Positions 18,923 to 30,464 are shown, numbered from the stretch's first letter. The stretch is 64,000 nt of DNA from Blastocatellia bacterium (GCA_049273855.1 JBASRN010000295.1:3931-67930), one strand, 5' to 3'. Notes: generated by a model not told the origin, from the sequence alone. Numbers and translations are program-made.

Positions 18923-20197
18923 GTGATAAGCTCACCAGCCGAATCGAGGAGGAACGCCATGTCAACTGCAAAGCTATTAAGACCCGAACCGAAGCTTTCA
19001 CGACGCGCGATGCTAAAGCTCACTGCCGCGGGTGCGGCCGGCGTGACGCTGCTCAATCACCGCTCCAAGGCTACGCCGCTTACCGCAGAGAGCTTTCTTG
19101 ATCGAACATCGCTTGAGCGCATCGCCGATCGCGACACGACATCGCTCAAGCCGCCGGTGTTGATCGATCTTCAAACGCACGTCTGGTGGCGAGCGGGAGG
19201 AATCGGAAAGATGACGCCGCGCGGCGAAAACTTTCTCAAGACGCTGGCAGGCGCGCGAGCTGCGGTCATAGGCCGCCCGGTTCCGGTCGCCGACATGGGA
19301 CGGGTGATGTTCTTTGACGACATCTTCATGCAGAGCCAGACCGACATCGCCTTCCTCAACAGCTTCGGCATGCGCGCGGCGTTCGACGGTGTAGATCTAT
19401 TTCCTCCCCGCGAAGCCGCGATGATTCGTTCGATGGCGCCCGCGCGAATCAGGGTGCTCGGCTGCGTCGATCCGCCAGACGGCAAATCGGCGGTCGAGTC
19501 GCTCATCTATCAATGCGAAACGATCAAGATCGATGGCTTGAAGCTCTATCCTCCGGGGCCGGACACTCGCGGCTGGCGGATGGATGATGAGAAGAACACC
19601 TATCCGCTCTATGAAGTCCTGCGCAAACACGGAGTCAAGAACATCACCGTTCACAAAGGACTGCCCGGTTTGTTCCTCGAAGAGTTTTGTCACACGGATG
19701 ATCTGGCGCGAGCGGCGGCTGACTTTCCGGATTTGAACTTCATCGGGTTCCACTGCTCGTATCCGTGGGAGAATGAACTAGCTGAGCACGGCAGGAAGTC
19801 GAAGGCGAAAAACATTTACGCCGAGATGGGCGGGATGGCACGCGTGATGGTCCAGGAGCCCGAGCGGTTCGCAACGATGATGGGTACGTTGATGGACGGG
19901 CTGGGAGCGGATCACATCCTGTGGGGAACCGACACCCCGGTTATCGGGCCTCCGCACTGGCAGATCCAGGGTTTCCAGGCGTTTACGATTCCCGATGCGA
20001 TCATCGAAAAGCACAAGTTCCAACAGCTAACGCCCGAGGTGAAGAACAAGATTCTTGGTGAGAACGTCGCTCGCTTATTTAAGATCGACGTGAAAGCGGC
20101 GAAGAAGGCGGTCGAGAACGATTTGCTTTACAAGCTCCGAGAGGATGGCAACCCGCTTCCGGTAGTGGTGGATATCAACAAGCTTCGGAAGAACTGA
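18923..20197 (+). CDS. amidohydrolase-2 family metal-dependent hydrolase with twin-arginine (Tat) signal
   Basis: SRRAMLKLTAAGAAGV Tat motif. Body matches PF04909-like amidohydrolases (HKG...FxGFHCSYPW). The start could be the internal Met at 18959. Confidence 0.7.
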   Translation: MISSPAESRRNAMSTAKLLRPEPKLSRRAMLKLTAAGAAGVTLLNHRSKATPLTAESFLDRTSLERIADRDTTSLKPPVLIDLQTHVWWRAGGIGKMTPRGENFLKTLAGARAAVIGRPVPVADMGRVMFFDDIFMQSQTDIAFLNSFGMRAAFDGVDLFPPREAAMIRSMAPARIRVLGCVDPPDGKSAVESLIYQCETIKIDGLKLYPPGPDTRGWRMDDEKNTYPLYEVLRKHGVKNITVHKGLPGLFLEEFCHTDDLARAAADFPDLNFIGFHCSYPWENELAEHGRKSKAKNIYAEMGGMARVMVQEPERFATMMGTLMDGLGADHILWGTDTPVIGPPHWQIQGFQAFTIPDAIIEKHKFQQLTPEVKNKILGENVARLFKIDVKAAKKAVENDLLYKLREDGNPLPVVVDINKLRKN

Positions 20198-20451
20198 CCT
20201 CGTACTCCAAGAAAGCCAAGACTCTCCCTGTTCTGATCAAGTTTGAAGTGGACCTTATGCATATGCATATCTAGTATCTGAGCAAATGCCTTAAGTCGGT
20301 CATGAGATTGTTGAAATTCACTTCCCCAATCTTCTGCCAAGGTGAATCAGCGTGGCGCAAGGTACGACAGGGTTCAGCCTCACGATTAACCGCAGTCGGC
20401 TGAACCCTTCGTTATGCGCTTTGGGACTCGGTCGGCCACATTTCAACAGAC

Positions 20452-23229
20452 CTACTTCAAGGGCGGGGAAATCCGTTCTGATGTTTGCTTCGCGTCATCA
20501 TAGCGGTCATCCATTTCCTTTTGATTCGTATCCCGTTCACCACGCCTATACCAGACAATGTTGGAATCGGCCGGTGCTGTTTGTGTAGCATTAAGGATGT
20601 GCGCTTGGAACGCGTAGGTTGCCCCCTTGTCCTGAGATATACTAGATTTCTTGCCCTTTTGAGTCAGATCAAAGACGGCGTTGAAGCGCCCGTTGTCGTC
20701 TGTCTTGGCGGACGCCGTCGCGACCGAGCCATCAGGACGAGTCATGTCAACTCGGAGCTGCTGATCCTTGATGTTGGGTGTGACGCGGCCGGTGACACCG
20801 ACGTGGTTCTCTTTCTCCCGCCGCACCTTATCATCCAGCTTTACCTGTCCACGGTGCTTCGGAGTGACGCTCGCCATTACGCCACCGATTGGCGCCATCC
20901 AAGAGCCAGGGTAATCGGTAATATCCAGCTTCTCCGAATATACGCGCGGTACGCGGCCGAACAGCCGAACGTCGGCCTTTCGCTGCTTCAGTTCCCGGAT
21001 GTCCACCAGGGGGATGACGAGCAAGTCGAGCTTGCGCTCAGCTAGGGCATCGAGCCATAGCCAGCGGTGCGGGAAGTATACGTAGTAGCCCTGAGGCACG
21101 CCCTGCAGAGAAATCATCACAAGGGAGCGTTCCTTGAGCGGGTTGCGCACCGCCACCGTCATTACAACCGGTTCGGGGACCGACCCTGCGGCAGGCTGGA
21201 AAGTGAAGACGTTCTCTTGCGCCGAGTTGTTGCCGGTGCTTACCTCGCCGAGCTGCGGGGAGATAGCGACCTTTAGGCAGGTATGCTCTCCCACCAGTGG
21301 CACCCAGTTCACCTGTCGGGTGACAGAGCCGCTCGCCGGGATAGTGCCAATCGTGTACGTGGCAAGCGGCGACCAGTTGCCGTTGTCGCCGACGCCAGGG
21401 GGTTCGACCGCGTAGTGCGTGACCCGGACGTCGGTTGCATCGGCGGCGCCGTCGTTGCGAATGCGCGCCTCGAATTGGTTGATCTCCAAGGGACGCGGCG
21501 CGTCACCGTTGCCGATCGGGTTGCCGGAGGCATCAGTGTTGTCGAAGGTGCCGAACGGATTGCGGTCGATCCAGATATCGATCGTCTCCCAGCCCGGTCC
21601 CCATGGTTCTATGCGCAGATCGAAGTCGCCGCCCGGAGTGTCCGCGATGACCTGCGCCCATTCGATGCGCACGCGGCATACCCTTGGTCTCGCCTGGACG
21701 TTGTCATTCACCACAACGATCCGCAGCGTGCGCAGAGGATCGACGGCCTCATCACTGGTGACCATCACTCGCGTTTGTTCCTGCAGCATAGTGATGAGCC
21801 GAGTCTGGTGGTTGTTATTAAGTTCGCCGGTAATCGCCTTGGTCACGATCACCCCACCGTCGGGAGCGCCACCCATCGGCAGGGGGATGTTCTCGTCGAA
21901 TACCTGAGGCGTGGCCGCAGCTGGGTCAGGACGCTGGCGGACTTCGACGAAGTAATAAAGCCCGTCGCTCACCTTGATCCGGAGCAGATGGTAGCGGGTA
22001 GCGGTGACGTCCTGAATCAGATCGTGCGCCGCGATGTCAAACTCCTGAGAGAATGGGTTGCGGTCCCACTCCAGATCAACGATGTTCGCCGCGTTATACC
22101 AGCCCAGCTGGTGCATGAAAAAGGCTGAGAACAGCGGGTGGGAATCGTGGTTCCCCATCATCTCGAAGTTCTGCACCGTAGCCTCGGCTGGGTCTATCAA
22201 GTCGCTGGCATACACATCTTCCCCGAGCGCCAGACCGCCGTCCACGAGGTTGTGGCCGAACTCGTGTGCGACCCGCCCCCAATCAGCATCATGCCGCTGC
22301 GCGATCATGCCCAGCGGATTAGTGGTGGTGATATTGATCGAGACACCGGCCCCGTCGTCGTAGGCAAAGTTGCTCTGGCTCCACCCGCCCCAGGCACGCA
22401 CGCTGAAACCGGGCATGAAAACCGAGGACACCATCACGGAATAGTCGTTCAGGTCAAAGCCCTGGTTTACCGCGCCCTGGGCGCATTCAGCCATGAGCTG
22501 GTTAAGGACGGCATTGTCAATGTTCGGGTAGCCCGCGGCGCCGTTGTTGCGATGGTAGTAGTCAGCGTCATTTAGCAACGCGACAAAGGTGGTGACGTCC
22601 ACCTGAACATCGAGCTGCGCATAGCTCGCCTGGTCGTAAAAGGTGGTTACATCTGCGAACGTATCAACCACGTCCTGGCGCGTGTCGACCGGGTCCGGCG
22701 GCACCAAATCCGTGGGGTTGCATATGACGACGAGGATGCGCGCGGTTCCCGTGGGCGGGACCGTCCCTGCGGAGGGTCCACCTCCCGCACCGGCGCCGGC
22801 GTAAGAGTAAGGCGGTCCGTCATCACCGGAGCTGGGCTTCGGCCAGGCAAGCACGTCAAATTCGCGGGGACCACTGGCAGTCAGGCCGTCCACCGTCACT
22901 TTGACAGGCCCGGTGCGAGTCTGGCTATGGGTGATTACAGTGAGACGGTTGGGCTCGGCTGCGATCACCCGCGCGGGACGGCCACCTACCTCCACGTGGT
23001 TGGCATTCCGCTCCTCGGCGAACCCGCTTCCCGCGATCACAATGAGCGTCCCCGCGTAGCCCTGCCACGGCTGGAAATCCACGACCGCGGGGCCGCTTGG
23101 AGGAAACGCGTAAAGATCGAGAAACCGGCTCAGCTTGTAGCGGTCGAGCAGGTGGTCGGCGATCCTGAGCGAAGTGTGCTTAAGTTGAAGTTCGGGTAAT
23201 CCTGCCATGGTGTCTCCTTCTTTCGTCAT
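20452..23229 (-). CDS. large putative zinc metalloprotease with N-terminal IPT/TIG domain
   Basis: HEFGHN zincin motif. IPT/TIG-like beta-sandwich near the N-terminus. 925 aa. No signal peptide recognised. Confidence 0.55.
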   Translation of the reverse strand: MTKEGDTMAGLPELQLKHTSLRIADHLLDRYKLSRFLDLYAFPPSGPAVVDFQPWQGYAGTLIVIAGSGFAEERNANHVEVGGRPARVIAAEPNRLTVITHSQTRTGPVKVTVDGLTASGPREFDVLAWPKPSSGDDGPPYSYAGAGAGGGPSAGTVPPTGTARILVVICNPTDLVPPDPVDTRQDVVDTFADVTTFYDQASYAQLDVQVDVTTFVALLNDADYYHRNNGAAGYPNIDNAVLNQLMAECAQGAVNQGFDLNDYSVMVSSVFMPGFSVRAWGGWSQSNFAYDDGAGVSINITTTNPLGMIAQRHDADWGRVAHEFGHNLVDGGLALGEDVYASDLIDPAEATVQNFEMMGNHDSHPLFSAFFMHQLGWYNAANIVDLEWDRNPFSQEFDIAAHDLIQDVTATRYHLLRIKVSDGLYYFVEVRQRPDPAAATPQVFDENIPLPMGGAPDGGVIVTKAITGELNNNHQTRLITMLQEQTRVMVTSDEAVDPLRTLRIVVVNDNVQARPRVCRVRIEWAQVIADTPGGDFDLRIEPWGPGWETIDIWIDRNPFGTFDNTDASGNPIGNGDAPRPLEINQFEARIRNDGAADATDVRVTHYAVEPPGVGDNGNWSPLATYTIGTIPASGSVTRQVNWVPLVGEHTCLKVAISPQLGEVSTGNNSAQENVFTFQPAAGSVPEPVVMTVAVRNPLKERSLVMISLQGVPQGYYVYFPHRWLWLDALAERKLDLLVIPLVDIRELKQRKADVRLFGRVPRVYSEKLDITDYPGSWMAPIGGVMASVTPKHRGQVKLDDKVRREKENHVGVTGRVTPNIKDQQLRVDMTRPDGSVATASAKTDDNGRFNAVFDLTQKGKKSSISQDKGATYAFQAHILNATQTAPADSNIVWYRRGERDTNQKEMDDRYDDAKQTSERISPPLK

Positions 23230-23582
23230 CTAACGTCCGGGATGACCGGACGAGTCAAGTTTGCGGATTGAAGGGAATCGAAGCCATTTGAAAGGTGCAT
23301 ACCTCCGAGAGGTCATGGTCTCGAATTAGAGCGCCCCCCAGAATCGCCCACGGGGACGCGGGGAGCCGTCATTTTCTTCGACGATCGGCGAGCCATGTCC
23401 TCGTTATGTACTCCATAACACAATAGACGGAATTCGAAAGTAAAACGATTCATGGGTTGAAGAGATATTTTTGGCTGGATCATTACTCTGCCGAGCCGGA
23501 GTCCTGCCATCCGTCTGCTTCGATACCTGAACTCAAACTCAGAGTTTCCCCCAAAAACCTGCACTGGGATTCATAATCGTTC

Positions 23583-23612
23583 TTGACACCGTAAACCCCC
23601 TTCAAATAGGAT
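23583..23612 (+). promoter_or_regulatory. candidate sigma70-like promoter for the paralog array (TTGACA-18nt-TAGGAT)
   Basis: TTGACA at 23583-23588 and TAGGAT at 23607-23612, about 50 nt upstream of the GTG start at 23663. Spacer is 18 nt. Confidence 0.25.
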
Positions 23613-23662
23613 GGTAGCGCTCGTAATTCCAGTGGATTGCTCACTATCTCAGGAGGTGTCGC

Positions 23663-25081
<1,419 letters not shown>

Positions 25082-25138
25082 CCAGGTCGTCGAGGCTGTA
25101 CCCAGCAATACGAAATGGAACTTCGGGAGGGCTTGAAG

Positions 25139-26581
25139 ATGAAAAGATGGTTATCAGTTTCCATCGCGCTGGCGGTTGGGATCGTGGCGGCAAGCATGGT
25201 CTTGTCGGCTTCGATCGACGCAAGCTCTGGCAGCAGGAAGGTGGTGACGTTCAATAAGGACGTCGCGCCGATCTTCTATAAGAACTGCGCGGAGTGTCAT
25301 CGGGCTAACGACATTGCTCCGATGCCGCTGATGACCTACAAAGACTCCCGCCCTTGGGCGCGTTCGATCAAAGAGAAGATCCTGACTCGCCAGATGCCGC
25401 CCTGGAGTCCCGATCCGAAGTACGGCGAGTTTATAAACGATCATCGCCTCGCCCAGAAAGACATCGAAACGATAGCCGCGTGGGTGGACCAGGGCGCAAA
25501 GGAAGGCGACGCGAAGGACCTGGCCCCGACGCCGGAGTTCACTTCGACGGACGGCTGGCGGCTTGGCAAACCCGACGCGGTCTTTGACATCGGCAAGGAG
25601 TTCACCGTCAAAGCGGGAATGCCCGACACGATCGAGAACTTCATCGTTCCGACCAACTTCAAAGAAGACAAGTGGGTGACGGCGGCCGAGATCCTTCCCG
25701 GCAACAGAAAAGTCGTGCATCACGTGATCGCGTTTATCCAGACGCCGGAGATGATCGAAAAGTTCAAGAAGGGCGAAGGCCGTGCACGCGCGTTGATGCA
25801 GAGCGATGTCTTTTATCGCGACGGCTCGCTGTTGAAGGTGAAAGCCGATGCGCCGGTGATCAATGACGGATGCGGCGCGCCAAACGGAGGCTCGGCTTTC
25901 AAGCGCCCCAGCGCGAGCGAGGGCGGTGACGCGTTCGGGTTGTTCCTGGCAGGGTATGCTCCGGGCAAAGGCATTGATGTTTTCCCGGCAGGCACGGCCA
26001 AGAAGGTTCCCGTGGGCTCGATGCTGGTGTTCCAGATGCACTACTCCAGCTACAGCGGCAAGTTCGAGGGCGTGCAGGGCGATCGCACGAGGCTCGGGTT
26101 GCACTTTGCGAGCAAGCCGCCGGAGCGTGGCTTGAACACCGTTGGCATTCAGAATCATTACTTCAAGCTACCGGCTGGTGAAGGCAATCAAGAAGTGACG
26201 GCTTGCTACACCTTCGACGCGACGGTTCACCTCACAAGCTACATGCCGCACATGCATCTGCGCGGCAAGGATATGAAGTACGAGGTGGTCTATCCCGACG
26301 GCCGGCGGGAGACGCTGTTGTGGGTGCCGAAGTTCAGCTTCAACTGGCAGACGATGTACTACTTGAAGAAACCGGTAACGCTTCCCAGGGGCACAAAGCT
26401 GATCGTCACAGCGCACTTCGATAACTCGGACAAGAACAAGTACAACCCCGACGCCACAAAGGCGATTCGGTGGGGCGATCCGACCTACGAAGAGATGATG
26501 ATCGGATGGATGGAGTACTACGTCGATGGTCCGGTAAAGAGTGAGAGACCTGACGCAGCCGCTTCGGGGTCGCGAAGGTAG
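25139..26581 (+). CDS. array paralog 2: cytochrome c + PHM-like monooxygenase fusion
   Basis: Start at MKRWLSV after a GGGAGGG RBS. NCAECHRAND. HHVIAF. VHLTSYMPHMHLRGK. EEMMIGW. Confidence 0.8.
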   Translation: MKRWLSVSIALAVGIVAASMVLSASIDASSGSRKVVTFNKDVAPIFYKNCAECHRANDIAPMPLMTYKDSRPWARSIKEKILTRQMPPWSPDPKYGEFINDHRLAQKDIETIAAWVDQGAKEGDAKDLAPTPEFTSTDGWRLGKPDAVFDIGKEFTVKAGMPDTIENFIVPTNFKEDKWVTAAEILPGNRKVVHHVIAFIQTPEMIEKFKKGEGRARALMQSDVFYRDGSLLKVKADAPVINDGCGAPNGGSAFKRPSASEGGDAFGLFLAGYAPGKGIDVFPAGTAKKVPVGSMLVFQMHYSSYSGKFEGVQGDRTRLGLHFASKPPERGLNTVGIQNHYFKLPAGEGNQEVTACYTFDATVHLTSYMPHMHLRGKDMKYEVVYPDGRRETLLWVPKFSFNWQTMYYLKKPVTLPRGTKLIVTAHFDNSDKNKYNPDATKAIRWGDPTYEEMMIGWMEYYVDGPVKSERPDAAASGSRR

Positions 26582-26656
26582 TTCGAGATTTGCAGACGGA
26601 GAGGGGCTCGGTTCTAATATTCAAGAGATTGGTCCAAGTGTTGGACGGAGGGTCTA

Positions 26657-28105
26657 ATGAAGAAAGCAGTAGTGATCTCAGGGATAACGGCGGCGCTTGC
26701 GCTATTGTGTCTGGCTGTGTCGCCTCCGACCAGCGCGAGCGGCTCCGCCAGGAAGGAAGTCACGTTCACCAAAGACGTGGCCTCGATCCTGTTTAGCAAT
26801 TGCGCCGAGTGCCACAGGCCTAACGACATTGCGCCGATGTCGCTGCTGAGCTACAAGGAAGTGAGACCATGGGCTCGCTCGATCAAGGAGAAGGTCGCCA
26901 ATCGGGACATGCCGCCCTGGAGTCCTGATCCCGCGTACGGCGAGTTCACCAACGATCACCGGCTCGCCCAGAAATATATCGACACAGTAGTAGCATGGGT
27001 CGATCAGGGGGCGAAGGAAGGCAATCCGAAGGATCTTCCGAAGATGCCCGAGTTTGTCGGCGGTGGGTGGGCGATTGGCAAGCCTGACGTCGTGCTTCAA
27101 ATGGGGGAAGAGCACATCGTCAAACCGAACGACCCGGACCAATACATCAACTTCTTCATTCCGACAAACTTCAAAGAGGACATGTGGGTTCAGGCGGCCG
27201 AGGTTCATCCCGGCAACAGGCGCGTCGTGCATCACGTGATAGCGTTTATCCAGACTCCTCAGACCATGGCCAAGCGAGCCGAGGACGCAAAGGCCAAGGG
27301 AGAGAAAATCGGCAAGCGTGCCGCGGGCGGTTCGGGATTGTTTTATCTAGATGGCAACTTGAGACGGGTGAAGATGGATGCGCCTGTGGTGGACAACGCT
27401 TGCGAGCAAAGGGCACCGGGCGGACGGCAGCCTGGCGGGGGCGGCGAAGGCGAGAACGAAGGCATGTTGCTTGCGGGTTTCGCGCCCGGAACGGGGAACA
27501 CCGTCTATCCATCCGGCACCGCGAAGAGGGTTCCGGCGGGTGCGACTCTGATGTTCCAGATGCACTACTCGGCTTTCAGGGGTTCGCTCAAAGATTCGGT
27601 GACCGACCGAACCAGCATTGGGCTGATCTTCGCGAAGCAAGCTCCGGAAAAGATGGTTATCACAAGCGCCGCGGCTAACCTTCTATTCAAGATCCCGGCC
27701 GGCGCCGACAATCATGAAGTCCTGGCCTGTCAGACCGTCCCGCGCGACATCCAGGTGATCAACTACATGCCTCATATGCATCTACGCGGGAAGGACATGA
27801 AGTACGAAGCGATCTATCCCGATGGCAAGCGCGAGACGCTGTTGTGGGTGCCCAAGTTCAGCTTCAACTGGCAGTCGGTCTACTGGTTGAAGCGGCCGGT
27901 GAATATTCCAAAGGGCACGAAGTTGATCGTGACAGCTCACTTCGACAACTCGGCGAAGAACAAGTACAACCCGGATTCCAGTAAAGATGTTCGATGGGGC
28001 GATCCGACTTACGATGAGATGATGATCGGCTGGATGGACATCACCATCGACAACCCGATGAAGGCTCCGAAGCCTGACGCAGCGCGGGCGGCCTCGGGCA
28101 AGTAG
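26657..28105 (+). CDS. array paralog 3: cytochrome c + PHM-like monooxygenase fusion
   Basis: NCAECHRPND. HHVIAF. MPHMHLRGK. DEMMIGW. Confidence 0.8.
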   Translation: MKKAVVISGITAALALLCLAVSPPTSASGSARKEVTFTKDVASILFSNCAECHRPNDIAPMSLLSYKEVRPWARSIKEKVANRDMPPWSPDPAYGEFTNDHRLAQKYIDTVVAWVDQGAKEGNPKDLPKMPEFVGGGWAIGKPDVVLQMGEEHIVKPNDPDQYINFFIPTNFKEDMWVQAAEVHPGNRRVVHHVIAFIQTPQTMAKRAEDAKAKGEKIGKRAAGGSGLFYLDGNLRRVKMDAPVVDNACEQRAPGGRQPGGGGEGENEGMLLAGFAPGTGNTVYPSGTAKRVPAGATLMFQMHYSAFRGSLKDSVTDRTSIGLIFAKQAPEKMVITSAAANLLFKIPAGADNHEVLACQTVPRDIQVINYMPHMHLRGKDMKYEAIYPDGKRETLLWVPKFSFNWQSVYWLKRPVNIPKGTKLIVTAHFDNSAKNKYNPDSSKDVRWGDPTYDEMMIGWMDITIDNPMKAPKPDAARAASGK

Positions 28106-28116
28106 TCTACTTGTAC

Positions 28117-28195
28117 GGGCGTCCCTCTGTGGGCGCCCCTCCTTACAAACACGAGATATCGTCGTTGCGAGTAGGGGCGCTCTTACAGGACGCCC
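28117..28195. repeat. pair of GC-rich palindromic units (GGGCGn(10-11)CGCCC + CTACAA) in mutually inverted orientation
   Basis: GGGCGTCC 28117-28124 pairs with GGACGCCC 28188-28195. GGGCGCCCC 28131-28139 pairs with GGGGCGC 28174-28180. Each unit also folds on itself. Confidence 0.5.
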
Positions 28196-28399
28196 CCTAC
28201 AAGCCGAAGCAAGAGCCAGGTGTAAATAGTCGGCTCTATTTCCGTCGCCCCTGAGAGCGCAAATACGACCTTTGAGACCACACACATATAAGGAGGTAGA
28301 CCCCTGAACACAGCGCCCACCAAGCAAAGCGAGTACGATGCAATAGCAAAGACAGTCCAGCACTATATCGATGGCGGCAGGTCTGGCCGAGGCGCAGAC

Positions 28400-28678
28400 A
28401 TGAAGCCGGCCTTCCACCAGGATGCGACGATCTTCGGCTATAGTGGAGCCGATCTGTTCGCTGGCCCCATCCAGCAGCTCTTTGACTGGAATGATCAGAA
28501 CGGTCCGGCGACGGGACTCCAAGCCCGGATTGCCAGCATCGACATCATCGAAACGATTGCCACGGTGCGGCTGGAACTGGACGACTGGACCGGACATCGG
28601 TTTACCGATCTGTTCACGCTGCTCAAGGTCGACGGGGAATGGAAGATCATGAACAAGGTCTTCCATCAGCACGCTTGA
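28400..28678 (+). CDS. NTF2-like (SnoaL/lumazine-binding-like) small protein, probably with a non-ATG start upstream near 28304
   Basis: The conserved-looking N-terminal segment (AIAKTVQHYIDGGRSGRGADM...) lies in-frame upstream of the first ATG. An AGGAGG RBS at 28291-28296 is followed by CTG at 28304. Confidence 0.5.
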   Translation: MKPAFHQDATIFGYSGADLFAGPIQQLFDWNDQNGPATGLQARIASIDIIETIATVRLELDDWTGHRFTDLFTLLKVDGEWKIMNKVFHQHA

Positions 28679-28720
28679 GAGAACAACAGGCCACGCGGTG
28701 GACAACGTGACGCAGCCTGA

Positions 28721-28761
28721 GCGCCGGCCGCGAACTTTCTTCGCGGCCGGCGCGTTGTGTT
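28721..28761 (+). terminator. perfect 14-bp stem / 5-nt loop hairpin followed by GTTGTGTT (intrinsic-terminator-like)
   Basis: GCGCCGGCCGCGAA-CTTTC-TTCGCGGCCGGCGC directly after the NTF2-like gene stop and upstream of paralog 4. Confidence 0.55.
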
Positions 28762-28814
28762 AGAATGCAAGCCGGCGGCGAACGCCGCCTCAAACCACCC
28801 CGAGGTTTTAGAGT

Positions 28815-30464
28815 ATGAAGAAAGCAGTTTCACTCCTCTTAGCCGCCGTCCCGCTCGCAATCATCTGCTTCGTAGCCTCAACCGCCGCTCAGGCTAGCGA
28901 CGCGAAGAAGAGCGCAAGGCCAGTCACGTTCAGCAAGGACGTCGCGCCGATTCTCTTCAAGAACTGCGCCGATTGCCATCGTCCGGGTGAGCTCGCGCCC
29001 ATGTCGCTGCTGAGCTTCAAGGATGCGCGGCCGTGGGCGCGCTCGATTCGCGAGAAGGTCGTCAGCCGGGTGATGCCGCCGTGGCACGCCGATGAGCACT
29101 ACGGAAAGTTCGGCAACGACAAGCGGCTTTCGCAGCAGGAGATCGACACGATAGCCGCGTGGGTCGATCAAGGCGCCAAAGAAGGCAATCCGAAGGAATT
29201 GCCGCCCGTGCCCGTTTACCTAAATGGCTGGAAGATCGGCAAGCCCGACGTTGTGTTGACGATGCAAGAGGAGTACACGCTTGCGGCTGCAGGCTCTGAC
29301 GAGTACATCAACTTCACAATACCCACCAGCTTCAAAGAAGACGTCTGGGTGCAGGCTGCCGAGGTCCATCCGGGCAACAAGCGCGTCGTGCATCACGTGA
29401 TTGCGTTCATCCAGACCCCACAGATGCTCGCCTCGTACAAGGCCTCTGGCGGAAAACCCTCCGCTCAATCGATCTTCTACCAGGATGGAACGCTGATTCG
29501 CACAAAACTCGAAGCGCCGGCTCACGATGACGGCTGCAAAGCGCCGAACGGCGGACTCTCTCGCGGGAGCGGTCAGGAGGGCCTTGGCTTTCCGCTCTGT
29601 TTCTACACCCCTGGCAAGGACGTGGACGTTTGGCCCACCGGCGTGGCCAAGTCGGTCCCCGCCGGCTCGAACATAGTTATTCAGGTTCACTACTCGAAGA
29701 CCACCGGCAAGACCGAAAAGGACCGCACGAGCGTAGGGCTTATCTTCGCCAAAGAGCCGCCAGCCAAAGTGCTGTCGGCGTTTGGCGTGATCAATCACTA
29801 CTTTAAGATTCCACCAGGCGCGGAAAATCACGAGGTCAAGGGCTGCTACACCTTCTCGCGCGACGTCGAGATTCACGGGTTCCTCCCGCATATGCATTTG
29901 CGCGGCAAGGATATGAAGTACGACGTGGTCTATCCCGACGGGCGGCAGGAAACGCTGCTTTCCGTCCCCAACTACAACTTCAACTGGCAGACGTTGTACA
30001 AGGCGGATAAGCCGATCGAGCTTCCGAAGGGCTCGAAGATAATTGTCACCGCGCACTTCGACAACTCGGAAAGGAACAAGTACAACCCGGACCCGACGAA
30101 GACCGTGCGATTCGGCGACCCGACTTATGACGAGATGATGGTCGGGTACTTCGACTATGTCACCAAGGTGCCGAAACGGAACGCGATCAAGCTCGACGCG
30201 AAGACGCTCGACAGCTACGTTGGAGACTACACCGTCGTTGGCGCCGGTGTGCCCTTCAAGATCACGCGAACCGGCGAGCAGTTGATGTTTACAACCCCCG
30301 GCCAGCCGATGGTAGAGGCGTTTCCGGAATCCGAGACGAAGTTCTACTTCAAGATTTTCGACGGGCAGGTGACATTTAAGAAGAACGAGGCGGGAAACGT
30401 GACCGCACTGGTCTTTGAGGTTAACGGCCGCTCGATTCTGGCAACGAAGAAGACGGCGAACTAA
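28815..30464 (+). CDS. array paralog 4: cytochrome c + PHM-like monooxygenase fusion with an extra C-terminal domain of about 100 aa
   Basis: NCADCHRPGE. HHVIAF. HGFLPHMHLRGK. DEMMVGY. C-terminal extension (KTLDSYVGDYTVVGAG...FEVNGRSILATKK) resembling the DUF3471-type beta domain. Confidence 0.8.
   Translation: MKKAVSLLLAAVPLAIICFVASTAAQASDAKKSARPVTFSKDVAPILFKNCADCHRPGELAPMSLLSFKDARPWARSIREKVVSRVMPPWHADEHYGKFGNDKRLSQQEIDTIAAWVDQGAKEGNPKELPPVPVYLNGWKIGKPDVVLTMQEEYTLAAAGSDEYINFTIPTSFKEDVWVQAAEVHPGNKRVVHHVIAFIQTPQMLASYKASGGKPSAQSIFYQDGTLIRTKLEAPAHDDGCKAPNGGLSRGSGQEGLGFPLCFYTPGKDVDVWPTGVAKSVPAGSNIVIQVHYSKTTGKTEKDRTSVGLIFAKEPPAKVLSAFGVINHYFKIPPGAENHEVKGCYTFSRDVEIHGFLPHMHLRGKDMKYDVVYPDGRQETLLSVPNYNFNWQTLYKADKPIELPKGSKIIVTAHFDNSERNKYNPDPTKTVRFGDPTYDEMMVGYFDYVTKVPKRNAIKLDAKTLDSYVGDYTVVGAGVPFKITRTGEQLMFTTPGQPMVEAFPESETKFYFKIFDGQVTFKKNEAGNVTALVFEVNGRSILATKKTAN

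Noticed and set aside
20255-20285. ATGCATATGCATAT palindromic repeat in the convergent intergenic region
   Set aside because: It is too short and AT-only, with no flanking stem or U-tract. Probably a chance palindrome.
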